A stretch of DNA of 64,000 bases from Epithemia pelagica. Lineage: Eukaryota; Protista; Bacillariophyta. The notes under the pieces were generated by a model, which did no database searches, had not been told where the DNA came from, and was given only the letters and a program-made list of their open reading frames with translations. The first letter of the stretch is position 1, and the number at the start of each line of letters is the position of its first letter. This document shows, in pieces, positions 44,487-57,329 of the stretch. The translations under genes and the position numbers were made by a program. The stretch is from assembly GCA_946965045.2 (NCBI GenBank), contig OX337241.1, positions 186,001 to 250,000 on the forward strand, written 5' to 3'.

Positions 44487-45963
44487 ATGATCACATTATT
44501 GCTACCCTACGTACTCCTTCTCAGTAGTGCCATACTATCTCTTGTAACTGGGAAGGCACTGCGTCGTGGAGTATCCCCCTCGACAGTTGATTTGCCGGGT
44601 ACTACTCCATTGCGTCATGTTCGTCTTCCTCACTATCGCAAGTTGACAATGAGCAAGGGTATGTTTTCTTTCATCATGTTTCATTGAACGGCATGTCAGC
44701 AAGGTCTTCCTGACGACTTGTTATGTCTTGTGATGGCTAGGGTCAAAGGGGAAAAGCTCAACCGGGACACCCACAACGGCACCCACAGTCAGTTTGACAA
44801 ATCTAGTGACTCAACCACATTACATGCCTTCGTCGATTGAACAAATTATTGTCACGAAATACCGAGGAGGCCTTGTATTTTTCAATGAATCGTCATATTC
44901 GATGCAAGCTCTTCGCTACGTTCAACGTACAGCGAGTGTGGACATGGCAGAGCCAAGAATCGCCCAGCGATATGCACTTGCTTGTATTTACTTTGCCACC
45001 AATGCCATCTCCACACCCTTCACTGACGTAGTACTTCTTGGTCGGAACGAATCATCTCAAGCCAGGAATTCTACAGTCTTGTATGAGTGGCTCCGTCCAT
45101 GGGCGACAGGATCTCTTGCGGACCATGAATGCGAATGGCCTGGAGTCGTCTGTAATCATGAGGATGTTGTAACGGAACTGCATCTAGCCCAAAATTGGAT
45201 GACTGGTACCTTTCCGATTGAAGTTATACTTCTCAAAGAGACATTGACCGTCTTGGACTTGGAAGATAATCTTCTATGCAACTTAGGATATTCCAACGTT
45301 TGGTGGTTGGGTGAATTGACACAGCTCAGAATATTGAATTTGGGTAACAATGCCTTTTCAAACGGCCACGAGGGTGGATTGCCTGTGTCGCTAGGCAATC
45401 TAATACATCTGCGGCAGCTGGTCTTGTACTCAACATTCTTTGAAGGCGCCTTGAATTCGCATATATTTTCCTCCATGACCCACTTGGAATATTTGGACTT
45501 GGGAGCAATGCCACTCGTGCAGCGTCAATTCCCCGACAGCCTGCGCCATTTGTCTAACCTCAAATACTTGTACTTGGACTATTCCAACATTGCTGATGAC
45601 TTGAATGCTTTATTTGGCGATGACAGTGCGGTTTCTTTTCCCAACCTAGTGGAGCTATGGGCCGACCAAAGTCCGCTCCTTCATGCAAGCACCATTCCCA
45701 CAACGGTTGGACGATTGAGCAATCTCAGATCCCTGAGTTTGACATCGTGTGGTCTTACTGGATCCATTCCTACCGAAATTGGTCGCTTAACTAGCTTGAC
45801 GCAACTGTGGCTCTCCAACAACGACTTGAATGGTACGGTTCCCGTTGAATTGTCAAGTCTACCGTCGTTGCAGAAAATAGACCTTCACAACAATACGCAT
45901 CTGCTCTGTGACAATCCTCGGGACCCCACCACTTCTCTGAATTGTCAACTTGAAGACCCATAG
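44487..45963 (+). CDS. Secreted LRR protein, 2 exons
   Basis: Signal peptide MITLLLPYVLLLSSAILSLVTG; intron 44659-44740 joins in frame; QRYALACIYFATN, HECEWPGVVC and LRRs. Confidence 0.9.
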
Positions 45964-47654
45964 AGAACATAAACCATCATAGGGAGGCAGAATAGCTTGT
46001 TTATTCAATCATATCCACGGAGAACACAAATCATTTTGTTCTTCATTACCACACTCCATAGATCCCGGAAACACATGGCGACATATTTCAAAAATGCGAC
46101 CGACATACATTTAGTCGCAGAAATAATGGTCATTCATTGGTCGCATCTCTTGTGAGTTGGTAGCTACGGTAGAAGCTCACTCTCCCACTTGTTTCATCTC
46201 ATTTCAGCCTTGCTCTTAACGCGGTATAGATCAATGGACCTTGACCCAGCTACGGCCCTAGGGCGGCTCCGCAACTGAACAACGACACTTTCTCTATTCT
46301 TGATTGTCATGCGGTTCTTAAAAACCATCAACAAAGTTCCATAGCGCTTTGAAGAACCGGGACGAGCCTTCCATTCGACCCACAGCGGCTCCCTCTTGGC
46401 TGGAACACAAGAATTATTGGGACCGTACGAGACTTTTTGAGGTCCGGCCGAGCAGTGTTGTGACCGTTGCAGATGCATCTCCTGGATGTTTTACGGGAAA
46501 GAGAGATGTGCGCAATACGAGAGAGAAAGAGAGGATGCGCTTCTGCACCGATGCCTCGGAAGCACTCTCCGCATTGCTCCTCCACCGGTTAAAGTCGATC
46601 CATGCTTGACGTTTCCATGTGACTATGGTTTTCTTATTGGTACTCGAACATTGCGAATCGATCTAATAAGTCAATCCCGTTCTCTCGATACCTCACGGGA
46701 ATGGGTGCCACGGATGTGGATGGTTATTCGTGTGGGAAGGTTAAGACGCAAGCGAACCATGATGCGGGATATGTGATGCTTGTCGAATGAGTGAGACAGT
46801 GGACAAACTCCACGTCCTTGCTCCTCCATGTCCTCTGTCGACTCCGAGCCTTGATAGTCGTATTGTATTCGTAGACAGTGTGTGGGCCGAACTTTCGTGG
46901 GAAATGACGATGACCCAATGACTCACAGCTCACAATTTTGATCGTCCCCCGCCCAAAGAACCCCAAAAAAGGCGCCTTGTACATTTTTCGAAAGGACCGG
47001 CGCGACCAAACTACAGTTTGCTCGAAAGTCATGACTTTGAAAATTTTCAAATCCCTCAAATTTTCGCCCTGGTTGGACAAAAATTCATCCCGTAGCTCAT
47101 TCTCCCATAGGCGCCCTAGTTCAGGATGGTATAGGTAGTTTTACGTAGAGCGAACCGTACTTTGTCATCGGCACGATTGGGGGAACGCCCCCAATCAAAT
47201 TTCAATCGATGCCTTCGGAGTATCGGATCGTAATGACAAAAATAGACCCATACAATTTCCCAGAGTTAAGCGGAGTATCGGCATTCGTGACCCGGACTCT
47301 GGACAATTGTAGGAAGGTAATGTCGCGCCTGTCGTACATGGGCTATTGTAAAAAGCCTTTGGAATCAAGTTTGGAAGTTTGGAAGGAGGGCAACGGCTCG
47401 ATCTGGAAATTGGAACATGGTGTGATCGACCATGGCGTCGAAAAGGTAAGTGAAACGATGAACAAAACGGAGCTACAGATCGTCCAAGTCGTAGTGAATC
47501 ATAGTCTCTAGTTTTTACATAACGCATGCTCCAGCCTCTATCAAATTCTAGTATACAACAGCAAAGGAGAAAAAGGGAAATGGAGAGGCGTCTGCCGACA
47601 ACATGCAAATAGGCGCACCGCAATTCCACTTCCCGCGAAATCGAACAGGAACAT

Positions 47655-49222
47655 TCACTTAGAGCAGGCATTTGTGCCACTTGTTCCACAGCAAGTACAA
47701 CATGAGGTGCTGCAAGTGACGGTTCCTCCTGCTTGACAATCGGCACCCAAAGCGTCCATTTCCAAAGGAAGTGTGTTCAAGGCACAAACTTCTGTGGGCA
47801 TGCTACCCGAAATGGAATTTCCTTGCACATAGAGAGACGTGAGCACGCTAAGTGATCCGAGTTCGGTGGGAATGGCTCCAGTCAAGGAATTGTCGTTCAG
47901 CCACAAGCGTTCAAGCTTGTTCAGATTTCCCATTTCAGTAGGAATGGGGCCATCAATGGCCGATTCCGTAAAGCTCAGTGACACAATTTCCGTCAAAAGA
48001 CCAATTTGAGTCGGAATCGTGCCCGTGATCAGGGGATTGTTGTCGATCCACATTTCTTTCATTGCAGAGAAACCCGTTCCAATGAAATCAGTTAAAGTTC
48101 CTTCCCAGTCACCAGAATCCATGTACAAATATTGTAGACTCGTCAAATCTTTGAGAACGGATGGTAGGGTACTTCCGAAGGATACAGACCCAATATCGAG
48201 GTATTCCAAGTTCGTAAGACTGTCTAAAATCGTGTCGTTCATGGGCCCACCGAATGACGTTGAATAAAGGATCAACTTTTTGAGATCTGTAAGATCCATG
48301 AGCATTTCGGGGATTCCTTGGTTTTCATATCCACTTCCAGTGTCTCCGAGATTAAAGGTTTCGAGCTTGGTTAGACCACTGATCCAAAAAAGTCTGGAAA
48401 AGCCCAAGTTGTAAATGTAATTGCCCTCCAAATCCAGCACCGTGAGTTCGTCCTGGAAGATCATCACTTCTGGAGGGAAAACTCCAGTCAATCTATTGTT
48501 GTGAAGGTCAAGTTCTGTTACTCGGCCCGTGGTTGCATCACATGTAACGCCATGCCAGCTACACTCATCGGCTGGGTCTGTGGCATCATCACCCCATCCC
48601 TGCCCCCAAGGCAGAATGATGCCCATTTCTGCTTCCGTGAAAGGAGTGGTGACGTTGTTGGTTGCGTAGTAGATACACATGAGAGCATAGCGTTGAGCTA
48701 TTCTCCAATCGTTCAGGCTTGCTGAATTGGATTCAACCCAGGCAAGTGCTTGGCCCCAATAAAGGCTCTTGTCCGAGAACTCGAGTCCCTCGAAAATGGC
48801 ATAATCCAAGGTGAGCATGATTTCAATGTCAGAATTGGTCGATTCCGATGAGCCATTGCCTGTTTACAGAAGCACAAAATGAAGATCATCAGTATCTGAA
48901 GCAAGAGCCAGCGAAGAATCAGATGCCCGTATCACTTACCATTATCAGTATTTGACAGCTCACGTCCATCCTCGGCTACTGCTCGAAACGTAATCCGAGA
49001 TGCTATCATTTCCTCCTTGGCCGTTTCAATGTGCTCTCGAACGCCACTGTAATCGGGTGGAGGAAACTGCTCCTCACTGTAATGGACTCCGCTCGGTACG
49101 TGTTCTTGTTGTTCTTCGATCCAAACAACATCGTTGCCACCACGAAGACGACGAGGGGGAACCGAAGCAAATGCTAGTTGAGCCAGATATTGGACAACGA
49201 GTAGAGCCAGTGAAAACTTCAT
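47655..49222 (-). CDS. Secreted LRR protein, 2 exons
   Basis: Signal peptide MKFSLALLVVQYLAQLAFA; intron 48939-48860; QRYALMCIYYATN, DECSWHGVTC, LRRs and C-cap CCTCCG. Confidence 0.9.
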
Positions 49223-51597
49223 GGTGTTGTAACAGTAGAACTCGCGATGCACAAACTATGATTGAGAAGGAGTGAAGAGGACAATGTCTCAGGATGGGAC
49301 AGGGGTTGTGATGGATAGGTGGACCGTTTCGGCAGGGCTTTCGCACAGATTACAAGAGATGGTGCTTGACGAGAATGTGAGCCAAGGAAAATTGTGACCA
49401 CCTCGTTTTCGGAAAAGCTTTTGGGTGCGAGCGGCAAACCCAACTGGGAGGCGGACCAGTTTTGCAAGCTCAGTCTTGGTAAAACCCATCGTCATCAGAT
49501 GGCTTCTATACACAAATCTTCTACAGTACCTTCAGTCATTTTGGCGCCACACGAACTTCAATCGGAGTGAAACATGAGGGGGTCGCTCGAGCGTGCGGTC
49601 CGGCGTAGGTGCCAAATTTTTGGGGGCCATAGATCGATGCATGTGACACTTATGTGACGATGTCCACCAACGGATAAACGGTAATCTTGGGAAACGATTC
49701 TATTGGGGACGGTTGGCATGCGGACGCCAAATTCGTACCTACACAATTAATGGATGTACTTTCTATGTCACACTGCGTCCAATCCCTCACAAGACTCTTC
49801 CTATTGCCCCGTCGATTGAATCGTTTCGGTGCATGTGCGGGTCGTGCGGTCCGCGCGGGCCCGTAGTCTTTTCCGGATCATCCACGTAGATAAACTTCCG
49901 ACAGAAGCGTACTCGGAGCTCTACAAGACTTGTCGCGCTCCGACCCAACTTTGTCGTTAGCAATGTCGCCACATTTTCTATACAAAGCACTACTATTTGC
50001 AGCTCGCCCGTCCGGGAAAATGTAGCCGTTGCTCCCGAAGCACAACATCCTTCTGATGCGAGAGCGAACTCATGCTCGAAAGCCAGCGCGTTTTGAATTT
50101 TTCACCGTTGCCTCTCTCTTCATGTGTGTCCGGTAAAACATACAAAAGCATGTGTGTGCGTGTTTCCAGCGAAGCGGACGCACGCAGGTTCCGGTTGTCC
50201 TCTAAACAGTCGCATGGGCTCTGTGTGCTACTAGGGGCTTGCCTCTACAGGCACGGGAAGCATTCTCGCCATCGGGGGCTGCTACAAACGATTCAATCGC
50301 CAAGAAACGAGCCACCAAATTGCAGTTCCCGCGTCGATTTTGATTTTGTCTGCAATCGCGTTGCGAATAAACAAGAGCACTTTCACAGGGGAATCAATGC
50401 ATTCATTCGTATGATCGATCTCGTGCTGGGTTCTTTTCCTTGATCGAGTGAGACCCGTAAGCAACGAACAAAAACAGTCACAACAAGATCCAGCAATGAT
50501 TCCGTGAGCGAGCGAACGGACACTGGTTCGTCTCTGAATTGACAAACAGAGGATGATCCTGTATGATCGAGTCTATTCTCCTACAGAAATACTACCAAAA
50601 GGAATCAGCATACCACACGAATGAATTGTTGTTGATCGTTTCTCAAGAACCATCCATAAACACGGAGGTTCGTTGTACTTTCTGTTGAAGGATGGGATCA
50701 CCAACCACCATCATGTCGACTGTCGGAACGAACAAACGATCGCCTTGATTCCTTCCTTGACAATACAACGGACTCAAACAAAGGATGTTGTGGAAGTTGT
50801 CTATGAATCGTTGGTCCAGGCAACTACGTTGGATGCATCTTTGTCACTGAAAGCAACCTTTCTCAAACGTTGGCCCAGGCAACTACATTGGATGCATCCT
50901 TCCAGGACGGGCGATTCTCTCTCTCACTTCTCTTCAGTAAAGGAAGATGATGATTTCGCTCGATCCCAACAACCAGGCAAACGTGTCCTCAACGCTTATT
51001 TTTCTACAAAACGGGTTGAAAGCCTTCAATCCCAGGATTCCTACTACAAATCAAATCACATGGACAGACGGAACCCCGTTGATGGCAAGATTGTAAGAGC
51101 AATTTCCGCTCCGAAACAAAACCCAGTGTGAATCCGTCTTCGGTTCCTAGGAAGTACATCTTTGGCTCCCATAAACTTTATCCTTCGCATAGGAATAGAT
51201 TTGTAATCATTTTTGTATCTTGAATCCTTCCAGTCACACATCATCGTCGATTGGGGCTTTTGGTCCACAGTCGCCATTCGGTGGCACCTTTCAACCGTTT
51301 CTCTGACGCACTTTCCACCAGATGACAGAGGGAAAGAACTGCAGGAATGCCATCTGTTCACATTTATTTGACATGCATCAGACCATCCCCCAAACAAAGA
51401 GACAAAAGCTGCAATAGCAGCATTTCCCGTTCATCCGAAGGGGTCCAAAAAGGTGGCCAGCCCCCTATTTTACGCTTACGCGCAGAAACACAGGAAAAGG
51501 AACAGTCCGGATTCAACGATTGATCATTGATCAGCCGGGATAAATCTGAAGAGTGCCTTGTGCCTTCGGTAAACTGTAAAGGGAATGAAATTTTGGA

Positions 51598-52029
51598 ACT
51601 ACCGTAATTTTCGGATTCCTGTACCCCCGGAATGTGCATGGATCAGTGAGGGGGGTACAGGACCAAGAGAATTTTTACTATTTTTTTTAAGATTCCATAT
51701 GCAAGGTACAATTAACTTCATAGTAATAGTCAACTACAGTAGAGAAGAGTTGGTCGCACTATTCCAGTAAGGGGAAAGACCGTGCTTCAACGCGTAGCCT
51801 TAACCCTAAGCATAATACCCATCATGCTGTATCTCTTGTTTCTCCTCTTTGATTCACTCCCATGGAATGTCAGGCAGTGTGATAGAAAGCTCGGAACGTG
51901 AGGAATGTGGGGGTAACCCTAGCACCAGGAAAGAGCCTGCAGATAAAAAGCTATGGGGACATGTACATCGGAGGGGGTGGGGGGGGTACGGGAATGCGAG
52001 GGGTACAAAACACCGAAAATTACGGTAGT
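51598..52029. mobile_element. MITE copy 2 (432 bp)
   Basis: Same TIRs and internal sequence as 36223-36664, same orientation, with small indels. No TSD recognisable. Confidence 0.9.
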
Positions 52030-52977
52030 GCTTTTTCTGGTAGGGTATGCAGCATCGCGAGAGCCCAATGGATATAATCGTATACTTCTGAACGTCGCGT
52101 ATTCGAGATCAGGAAAGAAATAGTCGATGAAACAACGACCGCTGGGTAGGGTAATTGATCCGCTCAAGTTGTCTAATCCCAAGAACTCTCGAGATTGAAA
52201 AAATCTCAAACGGAAAAAGGAATGAGTACTTTGTCCTCTGTGGGCAGGTTTAAGTTGTAATCTAGATTCAATCCCCAGCTAAATCAATCCGTCTAATCCT
52301 CATATCTCTCGAGCGGGTAGCTGCTTGCTGTAGATCGTAGTATTGTATTGTATTAATTCTGACTCCCATAGCATTAGCATCGTCAGTCCTCATTCCTCTA
52401 AGCAGATAAGATAAATAACCATTTTTTCTCTCTGTAATAGTGCCCAGTGCCCACTGCCCTATGAATTCATCAATCTTCCCGTCTACTCTTTCCGAGGTTT
52501 AATTACGAAGGAGAAAAAGTTTGTTGGGAAAAGAAGGTGGCCTTATTAGAATTTTTGATTTGGCTTGGTCCTCTGATGGCTAAAACTGAACACTATAACT
52601 TGATCTTTCTGTTGTGCGACAAGGCACAAAGTTCTTCCGTGTTTCGATCACATTTCTATAAGGCCCTGTGTCCAGGTAATGTGTTTTCGAGGTCTGAAAT
52701 CGAGTTTCGAGTTTTGAGGTGGGGCTCTGTCCCTACCTCGAAACAAGGATCTGAAGACACATGTCCAGGTAAAACGTAACCCGATGTCTCTATTTTAGAT
52801 TCAAGAATCGAGCTTCACTGCTGTGAATGTACAAACCTCCCCCACCCCCACCAGTGTCGTTCGACATAGTCTGCATTGTTTCCAAACACGACAATGGAGA
52901 TGACTCCAGGGGAGAATGCAACAAAGAGCCCATATGAGACAGCACTCATATGTATGTGTGTTGTTGACTCTCTTGGG

Positions 52978-53658
52978 CTACTTGACAATCTTGTGTATAT
53001 ATGAGACGCAGGCCGGATTCACAATTGGGTTTTGACACAGCCAATCCTTGCATCTTGGAATACTATACGAGCTACAAGCCTTGTCTTTGCTTGTAGGATT
53101 TTCAAGTCGGAAGCGGCGGATAATCTCTGATTTGTAGTCATCTGCGGTGGGAAGCAAAGCTGTCTTGCCCTTTGCATTTTTATAGTCTTCATCCACTTTC
53201 GGGTCACACCAACCCTTGTTGTTTGTGTGAACCTTCAGCCCCATACACATGGCCAGGAGTACTTTGTTCCTGAGCTCAGGTTGGGTCTCTTTCAGATTCT
53301 TGCGAGCATCACACTCCCTCTCAGCTTCATCACAAACAGAATCGGAGTCACCTTGATTGCCTTGTTCTTTGTTCCTGAGCTCAGGTTGGGTCTCTTTCAG
53401 ATTCTTGCGAGCATCACACTCCCTCTCAGCTTCATCACCATCAGAGTCGGAGTCACCTTGGTTGCCTTGTTCTTGTTGAAACCGGCCAAGTACTGGCGTG
53501 GTGAACATCAAGTCAGAGGGAGATGATGTAGAACCCAATGTTGCCTGGGTTGCAGTTGGGCCATGTGGTCTACTAAGTCTTGAGGTCTGTTCTCTTGATT
53601 CCTCTGTCTCTAGAGAATCTGTCAAATGATCTGTGTCACTCATTTTCTTTTGTTGCAA
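52978..53658 (-). CDS. 226-aa transposon-borne accessory-type protein (possibly truncated)
   Basis: ORF lies wholly inside the TIRs. The segment LLAMCMGL..P..YKSEIIRR..DWLCQNPI resembles, from memory, ORFs that accompany diatom Harbinger elements. Confidence 0.6.
   Translation of the reverse strand: MQQKKMSDTDHLTDSLETEESREQTSRLSRPHGPTATQATLGSTSSPSDLMFTTPVLGRFQQEQGNQGDSDSDGDEAERECDARKNLKETQPELRNKEQGNQGDSDSVCDEAERECDARKNLKETQPELRNKVLLAMCMGLKVHTNNKGWCDPKVDEDYKNAKGKTALLPTADDYKSEIIRRFRLENPTSKDKACSSYSIPRCKDWLCQNPIVNPACVSYIHKIVK
53262..53474. repeat. 105-bp in-frame tandem duplication
   Basis: EQGNQGDSDS..DEAERECDARKNLKETQPELRNK occurs twice. Confidence 0.95.
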
Positions 53659-54069
53659 ACAATAGTGGAAGTATCCTTCAATGCTTTCTGCCTTCCGGAG
53701 GATCTTTTTTCCGGTGCTGTTGGTGCTCGGAGGGAAGTGGGAACAGTGGGGCTCTTTGGAAACCTCGAAACTCGAAACTCGATTTCAGAATCTTGGCAAG
53801 GTCGTTGGGGGATTGCCAAGATTTGGGGGATTCGAGGTTGTGTTTTCGAGTTTTCAAGGGGACCATAACCTATTGGCTCAACCTCGAAACTCGAAACTCG
53901 ATTTCAGAACTCAAAAACACATTCCGTGGACACAGGCCCTAAATCTGAACAAATTTGGATCCAATAGCTACCCTGTTTGTTGGCTTATGACGACGCACTG
54001 CAGTGCGCATTCAATGGAAGCCGCAGATTCTCATTGTTCCAATCCATCCAATCACTTTCCATTTTTGAT

Positions 54070-54795
54070 ATGAGCATGGCCAATGAATTCAGAGCGCATC
54101 AATCCATCGCAGCGTGGAATGATCATGGGATAACCCATCTTCACGCCCAAAAGTTTGAAAACGCCCTGTCTTCGTTTCGAACGTGTCTCGCACAAATCGC
54201 GACTAGCTTCCCGGAAAACCCTCCAGTTGAATCGCGTGAAAGTTTGTCGGTCACCTGTCCTGCCCAACCCCTGACATCACCACTTCTTGATGTCCATGTA
54301 ATGGATCTGGGATACGACGTTTCCGTAGACCACAATACCTTGATTCTGCATGCCTCTACCTTTGTGTTCCCTCCGTTATGTCCCGTCAGGATGAGGGACC
54401 AGAGAGCAGCACCGCACTTGGCAGCAATTGCCTCCGGTGTCGTCTTGTTCAATCTAGGTCTCACGTATCACTTGTGGGCGCTTCAAGATCGGGCTCAAGA
54501 GCGGGATCTAAAACGGGTCATCAAAATTTACTCTCTGGCCGAGCAAGTATTGGAACGTGCCAACGTCGCGTTGATGGACGGTGCCCAACCATGAATAGTA
54601 TTGTTTGCCATTTACAACAACAAGGCCCATGTCAGCATGCAACTGTTTCATGTGGACGCCTCGAAGAATTATCTTCTCTACTTGGGAGAATTGATGAATA
54701 TGTATGGCATGGACGAAGACGAAGATCACCATTTCCTTCTCAATGTCGTGTGCTCGGGGAGAAACAATTTTGCCATGACATCACCTGCGGCGTAA
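54070..54795 (+). pseudogene. TPR-like helical protein (diatom-expanded family) with an in-frame TGA
   Basis: WNDHGITHL..FENALSSF, SGVVLFNLGLTYHL; TGA at 54592-54594, then IVLFAIYNNKAH..SPAA continues in the same frame. Paralogs at 60644 and 63222. Confidence 0.8.
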
Positions 54796-55580
54796 GCAGA
54801 GAGCTGGATCAAGTGCATACGAATGCATAAGCCAGCAAAGGACGTACATATCACAAGATCACATAGCTATTCATTGCAGACCTCCTCCTGATAGCTTTTT
54901 GGGGACTGAACAAAGAATCGTACACGATGCAAGCAAGTAAAAAAGCTACGCATATTTCTCGATTGTTTCCCTTGTCCTTTTCCAGATCGACCAAGGATGC
55001 GTACTGAAAGCATTTCGGAAAGAAAGACCCTAGAACATTGAATGATTTGTGTCATAAAGGACAATACTCTTCGATGTGTCTGGAGACGATAGATCGACCC
55101 ATACTACCGTAAATAGCGTCAGTAGAACAAGGAGCTAGGAGTAGGAACAAACCATGCTCCAACACATAGCGCAGTCACAGCAGATGACCCATTCTCGCAA
55201 ACATACAAACTATAAGAAATAATGTACCGCAAGCCTCTTCTTCTAATTAATCTTTGCTGTCATACCCGCCGGGCGAGGACTCAATCGATCCAAGCATTTA
55301 CGCTTGCACTGGCGATTCGGCCATATTGTATTTCAATGCCCGAGTCGATCCATGTTCTTTCTCCAATCTCTCTCCACTCTCCACCACAAACGAGAAGATT
55401 GACAACACGAACTGTCTGTGTAAACGCAGAGTGCATGGTTTTGCCGCGGTGGATGTAAGTCTGAGGACAATACGAACTGTGTACATCTGCCATGAGGAAG
55501 AAGTTGGAGATAATGCACCAATATTGCATCAGCAACTGAATCTCGAGCGTCACAACTGAAAGAAACAATAAATCTGCTGG

Positions 55581-57329
55581 ATGATGGAAATTTCTGAACC
55601 AATGAGTGAATTGAGACAACGACGGAGGACTTTGAGGCCTCATATCACGTCATGTCCATCGACATCCACAAAGATGGTTCCTACTCTTGATTCAAGAATC
55701 AAGCTTTCTCAACAACTGCCTCCTCGCCCTCCGCTAGCCACCCATTCGACCGACGGATCAAGAACAACAGCTTCTGAAGCATGGCGATCATCAGAAGAAC
55801 TCATTTCTGTGTCCTTATCAGGCAAACATCCGATTCATGATGACTCGAACGGTTCTTCCAAACTTCACTTTTGGATATTGCGAATATTGTACATGAATGG
55901 ATTCTTGGCCGATGACTGGGGCTCTCGCACAGTGGAAACGATTGCCTTTTTCTGTACGCTGGCGTTCGTTCTCCTTCCTCCTGCGTTTGAAGACCTCTTC
56001 TTTTTCACGTTGCTCGTTACACAGTTGTTCTACTCTTGCGATTTATTTCCAGATATGGCCAACCATGAAAATTATTACTTGGTTGTTTGCCTTGTCTTAC
56101 TTCCGCATCATGTCCACGTTTGTCTCCGTCAAGGAATGAAGTGGTTTGGTCGCATTGGGTTGGGAAGCCAAACCCAGTCCAAAACAGCAAGAAGACTTGA
56201 TCGGTCCAGTGATACACGAAATGGCTCACTATGCAATGACGACACGCTTAAAATTCATGAGACGGTCAACACAGCGAAATGGCTCGTGATAATTTTGTAT
56301 TTCTTTGCCGGATTCCACAAGCTCAACAGGGATTTCTTTGACGTGGATGTGACATGTTCCTTTGAAATGGTGGATCGACTTCTTGAACCGCTGCATCTGC
56401 AAGTCTATCACGATTTTCCCTTGTGGTTGCAAAACTGCTTGCCGGTTCTTGTCATTTTTCTCGAACTCGTCCCGGCGCTCTTGTTTGCATGCGTCCCATC
56501 CTGGCATTACTGGGTCATTGCCATGTTGCTATCAGTTCATGGGCCATTGTCCTTGGTTGGTTTTGCCGACTTTTCAGCTATCGGCATGGTCAATATGTTT
56601 GTCTTTGTCCCCCCTACGGTGGTTGCCCAGGAAATGCCTCGCAAACGCTACTTTGCGACCGTAACCATTGGCTTGGCCTTGGTTCGATTTGGCTTGAAGT
56701 ATCTCAAGGAGCAGTATTCCGCTGTGGACTATAAAACCAACACGGTAAAGGTTGCGGATGCAGTAGAAGGTCTACTGTTGATCATGGCCTTTATACCAGT
56801 CTGGGTTCCGTATTTTCGAACCAAAATTTCTACAAACGCTACTGTTTGCCCTCCGAGACAGTGGTGGAATCGTGCAATGGCCCTTGTCTTTGTGTTCTTT
56901 TGCATGAACAATTATCTCGGTCTCCGAACCACCGGAACAGCATCCATGTTTAGCAACTTGCGGACCGAAGGCAATTCTTCCAACCATTTCCTTCTCGCTT
57001 CCAACCCCATCAAAGTCTTTGATTATCAAGAAGATTTGGTGTTTGTGGTGGACGCCGACGAACGCATTTGGGAATTGTACCGGTACCAGTTCAATCCTGC
57101 AGTGTGGTTGCCCTGGATCCAATTTTGTCGCAATGTGGAACAGGCCATTGCCGACCAACACCCGCAAGTCTATCTCAAGGTGCATTATCAGGGACTCGAC
57201 TATGAAACCCACGATTTGTCCTTTGATCGCAATTTTACCGCCCACTTTACCATTCCCTGGTGGCAATCCAAATACTTTGAGTTCCGGGAGATCCTCGAAC
57301 CAGACCAGAAACAAGAGTGTTTCTGGTAG
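55581..57329 (+). CDS. Multi-pass membrane protein, HTTM / vitamin-K-dependent carboxylase-like
   Basis: Intronless 582-aa ORF with many TM segments. Motifs MANH, LYFFAGFHKLNRDFF, GFADFS, NYLGLRT..MFSNLRTE..NH. Confidence 0.7.
   Translation: MMEISEPMSELRQRRRTLRPHITSCPSTSTKMVPTLDSRIKLSQQLPPRPPLATHSTDGSRTTASEAWRSSEELISVSLSGKHPIHDDSNGSSKLHFWILRILYMNGFLADDWGSRTVETIAFFCTLAFVLLPPAFEDLFFFTLLVTQLFYSCDLFPDMANHENYYLVVCLVLLPHHVHVCLRQGMKWFGRIGLGSQTQSKTARRLDRSSDTRNGSLCNDDTLKIHETVNTAKWLVIILYFFAGFHKLNRDFFDVDVTCSFEMVDRLLEPLHLQVYHDFPLWLQNCLPVLVIFLELVPALLFACVPSWHYWVIAMLLSVHGPLSLVGFADFSAIGMVNMFVFVPPTVVAQEMPRKRYFATVTIGLALVRFGLKYLKEQYSAVDYKTNTVKVADAVEGLLLIMAFIPVWVPYFRTKISTNATVCPPRQWWNRAMALVFVFFCMNNYLGLRTTGTASMFSNLRTEGNSSNHFLLASNPIKVFDYQEDLVFVVDADERIWELYRYQFNPAVWLPWIQFCRNVEQAIADQHPQVYLKVHYQGLDYETHDLSFDRNFTAHFTIPWWQSKYFEFREILEPDQKQECFW

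Larger units (their letters stand above)
52662..53939. mobile_element. Non-autonomous PIF/Harbinger element (1278 bp)
   Basis: Imperfect ~55-bp TIRs starting GG(C/G)CCTGTGTCCA. TAA TSD at 52659-52661 and 53940-53942. Subterminal CTCGAAA repeats. One internal ORF and no transposase. Confidence 0.88.

Noticed and set aside
47177-47196. Perfect hairpin ATTGGGGG-AACG-CCCCCAAT as a Helitron 3' end or terminator
   Set aside because: No CTRR terminus at the expected distance on either strand, and no other supporting feature.
46100-47600. Short ORFs between the convergent LRR genes
   Set aside because: All are under 190 aa with no family signal; treated as intergenic or old repeat remnants.
50673-51131. 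152-aa ORF containing a ~30-bp internal duplication
   Set aside because: TTG start, no recognisable motifs and no splice support.
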